64,000 nucleotides of DNA from Tubiluchus corallicola (lineage: Eukaryota; Animalia; Priapulida): contig JAQGDQ010000458.1 in NCBI GenBank assembly GCA_030141605.1, forward strand, positions 93,860 to 157,859, read 5' to 3'. The stretch's first letter is position 1. Every line of letters begins with the position of its first letter. Made by a program: the position numbers and the translations under genes. Shown here piece after piece: positions 58,486 through 64,000 of the stretch. The notes beneath the pieces were generated by a model that was not told the DNA's origin, did not search any database, and saw nothing but the letters and a program-made list of their open reading frames with translations.

Positions 58486-61400
58486 ATGATGGAAGAGGAT
58501 GAAACAAATTTGGTTCAATCTTTACAGGAAAATAATGAAAAAGAACAAAAACGAGCACGAACAATCAATTGGAGTGTATTTTTTATATATGTGCAATGCT
58601 GTATGTAGCACATTAATTTTGAATTTTTACTGAATATGTTTCTACAATACACTTAGGCTTATAGTCTCCTGCTTCTACTTGTACGTAGACTAGGTGATAC
58701 TGATAGGTTCAAAAGATTATAGCAGAGTACCAATATTGTAAAATTCATAGCATACCATCAAGTCTTGACAATTTCGGTCTCTAATAAAAAGTATTGCGAC
58801 CCCGTACATGTATGTAGAGAACTTGGAGCGTAGCCATGTGTTAAATCTTTCAGTTTGATGAAGCTTTTGAATGAGTAATTCTGACTTGCTATTAGGACTT
58901 TACTTTTCTGCTGTCCTTGTAGCCTACTAACATTTGAGTGGCAGCTGTGAAGCACGAGAAGTTAGCAGTATCAATTTTAACAGGAAGCGGACATAGTTTA
59001 ACAGTTACATGTTTTCAATTTCAATTTTTTAATTTTTAATTACATGCTACACGCATCTAGTTGTAGTACTACGAATGACTCCGTACAGGAATGAAGGTGT
59101 TCACACAGCAACATTCCAACTGTGCCAGTTACCACTCACTCAGAATTTATTTTGAGGTTTATCCGAGCAGATATTATCTATTATCATTATCTAGTAGTGA
59201 GGGGCAGATTGGGAGTATTTTTTAGTTTTTTTCATGATCAATAGCTGGCTACTAGCTAGAGTTTCCATTACTAGTTAACTCAGATTATTGGTTACCATAA
59301 TAATAATTTTCATCCCTGTTAACCAGATCAGAATGGGAATCCCAGTGATTGTGATCATTGTTAATCATTCAGTTTTTTTACCAAACCTCATGTTCCTGAG
59401 TTTTGGATGCCCGGATACCGTCAGAATTCCAGAGCCCAGGCCAGCCTGGCTGGGATTGTCTTAGAGACGGCCAGCGTGCTCCAAATTTAACTACTTAGTT
59501 TCATATAGCACCGTTGTCTTATAGAAACTTCAAACTTCACAATATAACAGTACTGTGTGTCCAGTAGAAGGCATTTCACGTTTCCTATAAATGATAACAA
59601 AAACTGTTGTTGCGAAACTTCTGAAGTGAGTTATACAGTTGTATTTAAGAGATTTTGAATACTAGTCTGTGTAATTTCTTTATAAACATTTATTTGATAT
59701 AATTGGCTTTAGCAAACTGCAAGTAAATCCTGATCGAGTTGCTTCATCCTGCAAAATTTACAGGAGTGCAGGTTGACAGGAAAAACAAGACTATCAAAAA
59801 ATATACGCAATTGTTAGTTAAAATAATTAAAACAGTTAGATGAACGAGTATATTGCTGTACCAGGTCAAATACAGTGACGTTCTGTTCATAACTTAGTAG
59901 AGAACTACCAGAAAGAAAAACCTTAATTGTGGGTAAAAATTGTTTATTAAAAGGTAACGTGTTTATTTGGTATATATAGGTTTGTTAGTCATTCTTTGGG
60001 TGCCTCTCAACATACGTAATCTGTATAATTGCGTAAAGAAGCACTCAATAATCGGATTCTTGTAAATACAGCCTAATACATGCTATTAATCGATTTGGTA
60101 ATTTTTGTAATTTCTGACCTTACTCATATTTTGCCATTTTTTTTATAATTTGCTGAAAAACTTTAATTTTTTTTTCAGATTTCGTCTCAATCGCTACAAT
60201 ACTCGGAACGGGAATCTTGGGTAAGGTTTTCAAAATAAATCTTCATGTGTTTGCTCACATATGCCGTAAAAAACCGATTTGCATAAAACCGATAGAAAAT
60301 GTTTATGTTTGAGAAAGATATGTGAGTAAGTTTGGGCTGAGGCTTGATTTGAACCAGGTGCTCTTGCATTACAAGTCCGTTACTCTGACCACTACTTCAC
60401 ACGACACCATGTGATCGTGACAGATTATTGCTTCATTTCTAATAAATCCTTAACCAATCAGACTTTTCTAAGTGACATCTTTAATTTTTGGATTAATTTT
60501 TGTGGTTAATTTGCAGCTTGGGTAATTGGCAGGCCATTATTTATTTTTACTTTTAATTCAGTATTTTTGTTTTATGGAGGGCTGGGGGAGTAACGTAACA
60601 ATTATAATCTGTAGAATGTTGGTAAAGTTAGCCAACACTAGACCTGATTACTAATTGGATTGGTTACCCCCAAAACGTGGAAAGTTGTTTATGGGTTTCT
60701 TTACTCTACATTTACTTTTCATTACATTACATTACTTCACATTACGTTTGCCATTTTCCCTCACTGACGGACGATGTGTTTGCATCAGAATGTGGCTAAA
60801 CAAAAGTCTACCTAAGCAAATATTCTGCCATATTTTAGAGGATTAATCTTGAAGATGTAAAAATGAGCCAGCAGCAGTAGTGAAAGTAATACCAGCAGGG
60901 CTGGTTTTAAGCCAGTTGTACAGATTTGTTCAAATTTGGCCCTGCGCACGCGCTTGAGCTGAGGGCACTATGATGAATTAATGAATTGGTACAGTGAAGA
61001 AGCGAAGCCATTCAGTCTGTCCTCGTGTGTCTATGTTTCAATGTGTTTTGCTGATCGTTTGTTTTGTAATTTCTGTTTATCGTCATTATTACCTTTCAAT
61101 AGTAATTGGTGACCCCTATGATTAGTTGCAGGGATGAGAATTTTCCGCGGATACGCGGAATTCCGAGTTTTTGGAAGGCCAGTTTTTGCCAAATTCGTGG
61201 AGAAACTTTTAACGGACCCAGTTCATTATTTCACAAGTTGACCGCTAGTTGGCAGGCCGTCACTTTGTTTACATCACGTACATCAGTGTAACCACATGTA
61301 GATCTCTGTGTATAAAAATACTGAATCAATTGTGGGGAGTTATTTTAGTCAATTGTAGACAGTTTTTTTATACTTTTATAACAAGGTAACTGATATTTTA

Positions 61401-63708
61401 AGTCCACCTAGAGGCTCTCTATGGTCACAAAATTACAATTTGTTGCTGGCTCTAAGGGGGCTTTGTCTTGGACCCCTTGAACCCCCATGGGGGCTACGCG
61501 GCCCCCAAACCCCCGGCCTGTTTCAGAGTTTTTTTGCAATTTGTCATTCTCATCCCTGTAGTTGTCATTATTAACTTTTAACGGTAATTGGTGAACCCTA
61601 TGATTAGTTAGGTCGTCATTGGATTTTAATTTTACTAATCTGTAGGCAATATTCAAACCCTCAACACTGATGATTAAAACATACCTACGGTCAACAGTTT
61701 CATAAAAGAGGCTAAATAATTTGGCGATGCTGTAGCAGACTTGGCTTTTTTTGTTAATCTTGCTTACAAATTCGTGCACGAGGCGCCATCTGTGGCGGGA
61801 ATATAAAGCTTTTGGTTTTGGCCAGTTTTCAGTTTTGTTACCTGCTAGTCACCTGTCTGTTTTACTCACCTGTGCTCTGAACAGTCAGGTTAATCCACTT
61901 TATGGGATATTTGGGTCATTTATGTGCTGATTATGTTACAATAAAGCATTCAGTGGTATTAACCTCTGTTGTCAGTGTTTTTGTGACTACAGATGCTATC
62001 TGTAGAAAATGACATTGACAGAAACCATTGACTTTGAAATGATTTTCAAAGATTTGTCTGACAAAAAATCCAGAAATCTCTGTTTTTAGAAGGCCTATGC
62101 ACAAACAGTGTGTCAGTAATTGTTCTTTATTTGTAATTAAATATTAAAACTTTCATATGGGGTTCCAATTTTTAGTATATAATCATGGTTAATGGTGGAA
62201 CTACTTTGCTAAGCATAAAACATCAGTCTTCAGCTTCTGTAGGGTAAAGGGTCCCACTAACGATTTTCTAATTTGGTCTCACATTTCTTAATGCCGGTCC
62301 TGAATACAAGGTCTTGGCATTGAATGCTTGGTTTGGTTTGGGGTGTGTGAACTGTGAAAAGTAGGTTTAGACTCCAGGTTGATCGCAAAATGTAAAATAC
62401 TCTATGAGTTATGGGCTTTAATCAAGCGCTGGATAATATGATAGGTGCGCTTACTTAGGTGAAATAGCTAAACACCACCCAGTGTGCACCACTGAGTCAC
62501 TATCCCAGTGTGCACCACTGACTCACCATCCCAGTGTGCACCACTGACTCGCCATCCAAGTCTGCACCACTGACTCGCCATCCCAGTGTACACCACTGAC
62601 TCGCCATCCCAGTGTGCACCACTGACTTGCCATCTCAGTGTGCACCACTGACTCACCATCCCAGTGTGCACCACTGACTTGCCATCCTAGTGTGCACCAC
62701 TGACTCACCATCCCAGTGTGCACCACTGACTCACCATCCCAGTGTGCATCACTAATTCACCATCCCAGTGTGCACCGCTGACTCGCCATCCCAGTGTGCA
62801 CCGCTGACTCGCCATCCCAGTGTGCACCACTGACTCGCCATCCCAGTGTGCACCACTGACTCACCAGCTACATATTATTGATCTTTTTGACAATATAAAG
62901 TCATTTGAACTTTTACTTAATTAGCAAGGAGTGTTCTCCGAATGTCGTGATTTCGTTTTCAAACGTTACCCAATGTTATTTAAACTTGTTTCAAATGACT
63001 TATCGTCAAAGTGGAGGTGCCTAACATCATCGCAAGAGTTTAAATTTATAAGTTTTATGCAGCGTTACTACTGACGCAAGCTCTGTATGCAATAGGACAA
63101 CATATAAGCGGTACAAATTTTCAAGATGAATTTTTTAGCCTTATTTATTAAGAGTTTCTTGTTATTTAATTTTTTAAGATAATTTCTATATCTGCCTATG
63201 TTATAATGGTTTTTACACTGTAATCATCTTCAATGTATTTTTCCAGGTTTACCTGTCACTTTAGCACATTCCGGATTTTATCCATTTCTGGCTTCTTTTT
63301 TGATTGGCTTCTTAGTTCAGGTAACAAATTTGTATTTACAGCAAATTGTTTTGCATGTTGGTGGCTGCTCAAATGAACAGTTACAATACCGAGGCTAGCC
63401 AAAGAATGATTGGGCTGGGTTCAATACTTGCTGGGAGTGGTTTCATTTGCTATGCTGATTCTGGCTGTTTACCCCATAAAGAAAGAATGTATGAAAGTGG
63501 CAAAGACACCTCTGCTGGTTCAATGGCTCTTCCTAGCAGCATAGCCTTGATAATTTTGTCATGCATGTCCAAATTGAGTAAAACTTTCTCATTAACAATG
63601 ACTGTGAATTGTTGACTAAGTTATTTTTTCTTGCAGGCTTTACTCATCTACCTGTTCACTGAGTTACTGCAGAGGGCGTTTTCTGTAATCAATTTTCGTC
63701 TTCTAGAG
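58486..63708 (+). CDS. Amino-acid transporter/permease (APC superfamily; Aa_trans or Trp/Tyr permease-like), 5' part; join(58486-58600,60179-60220,63247-63320,63637-63708); continues beyond right edge
   Basis: Spliced MMEEDE...VFFIYVQC|YFVSIATILGTGILG|LPVTLAHSGFYPFLASFLIGFLVQ|ALLIYLFTELLQRAF..; the GxGILxLP...G TM1 motif is assembled across phase-consistent junctions (1,1,0). Confidence 0.85.
61129..61558. mobile_element. hAT-like MITE, second full copy
   Basis: CAGGGATGAGAAT TIRs; TAGTTG on both flanks. Confidence 0.85.
62475..62866. repeat. 26-bp minisatellite, ~15 copies
   Basis: CCCAGTGTGCACCACTGACTC(A/G)CCAT units. Confidence 0.95.
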
Positions 63709-63783
63709 GTAAATCACCATGCTTCATCCAGTGGTGGTGGCAGGGGCAAGGTTGGTGTTGCAGACTAACTCACGCTGCTAATT

Positions 63784-64000
63784 CCTTGTAGTGTAGTGAA
63801 ATACTGACTTATGTATAGCCTTGCATACTAAGTCAGAGTGCTAAGCACATGTTGTGTACTAAAATACTGACTTACGTATAGCTTTGCATACTAACATACA
63901 GTGCTAACTCCTTGTAGTGTAGTAAAATACTGACTTATGTATAGCCTTGCATACTAAGTCAGAGTGCTAAGCACATGTTGTGTACTAAAATACTGACTTA
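63784..64000. repeat. ~62-bp units arranged as a 125-bp dimer; runs off the right edge
   Basis: AAATACTGACTTA(T/C)GTATAGC(C/T)TTGCATACTAA recurs. Confidence 0.85.

Noticed and set aside
60334-60408. tRNA-like sequence on - strand (B box GGTTCAAATC, TGT loop)
   Set aside because: Stems do not pair well; at most a decayed SINE head.

Overview
AT-rich, intron-containing invertebrate (metazoan) genomic DNA; most ORFs in the supplied track are repeat artefacts. Six protein-coding genes could be assembled by hand with consistent splice phases. (1) The 5' end of ZNF207/BuGZ (- strand, runs off the left edge), with a U12-type intron. (2) A complete 6-exon SLC25A19 mitochondrial thiamine-pyrophosphate carrier (+). 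(3) A secreted PAN/apple + C-type lectin gene nested on the same strand in the first CDS intron of SLC25A19. (4) A complete 18-exon TELO2 (-). (5) An intronless mitochondrial-clan cytochrome P450 nested antisense in TELO2 intron 14. (6) The first four exons of an amino-acid permease-like gene (+), head-to-head with TELO2 (start codons 191 bp apart). Introns carry many MITEs, LINE fragments and minisatellites. Highlights: a complete 5S-rRNA-derived SINE with an RTE-type tail and a 12-bp TSD; a 78-bp array that has amplified a TELO2 splice acceptor six-fold; and several minisatellites whose unamplified seed sequence is visible elsewhere in the window. Coordinates were counted by hand, gene names rest on recalled homology, and no database search was run.
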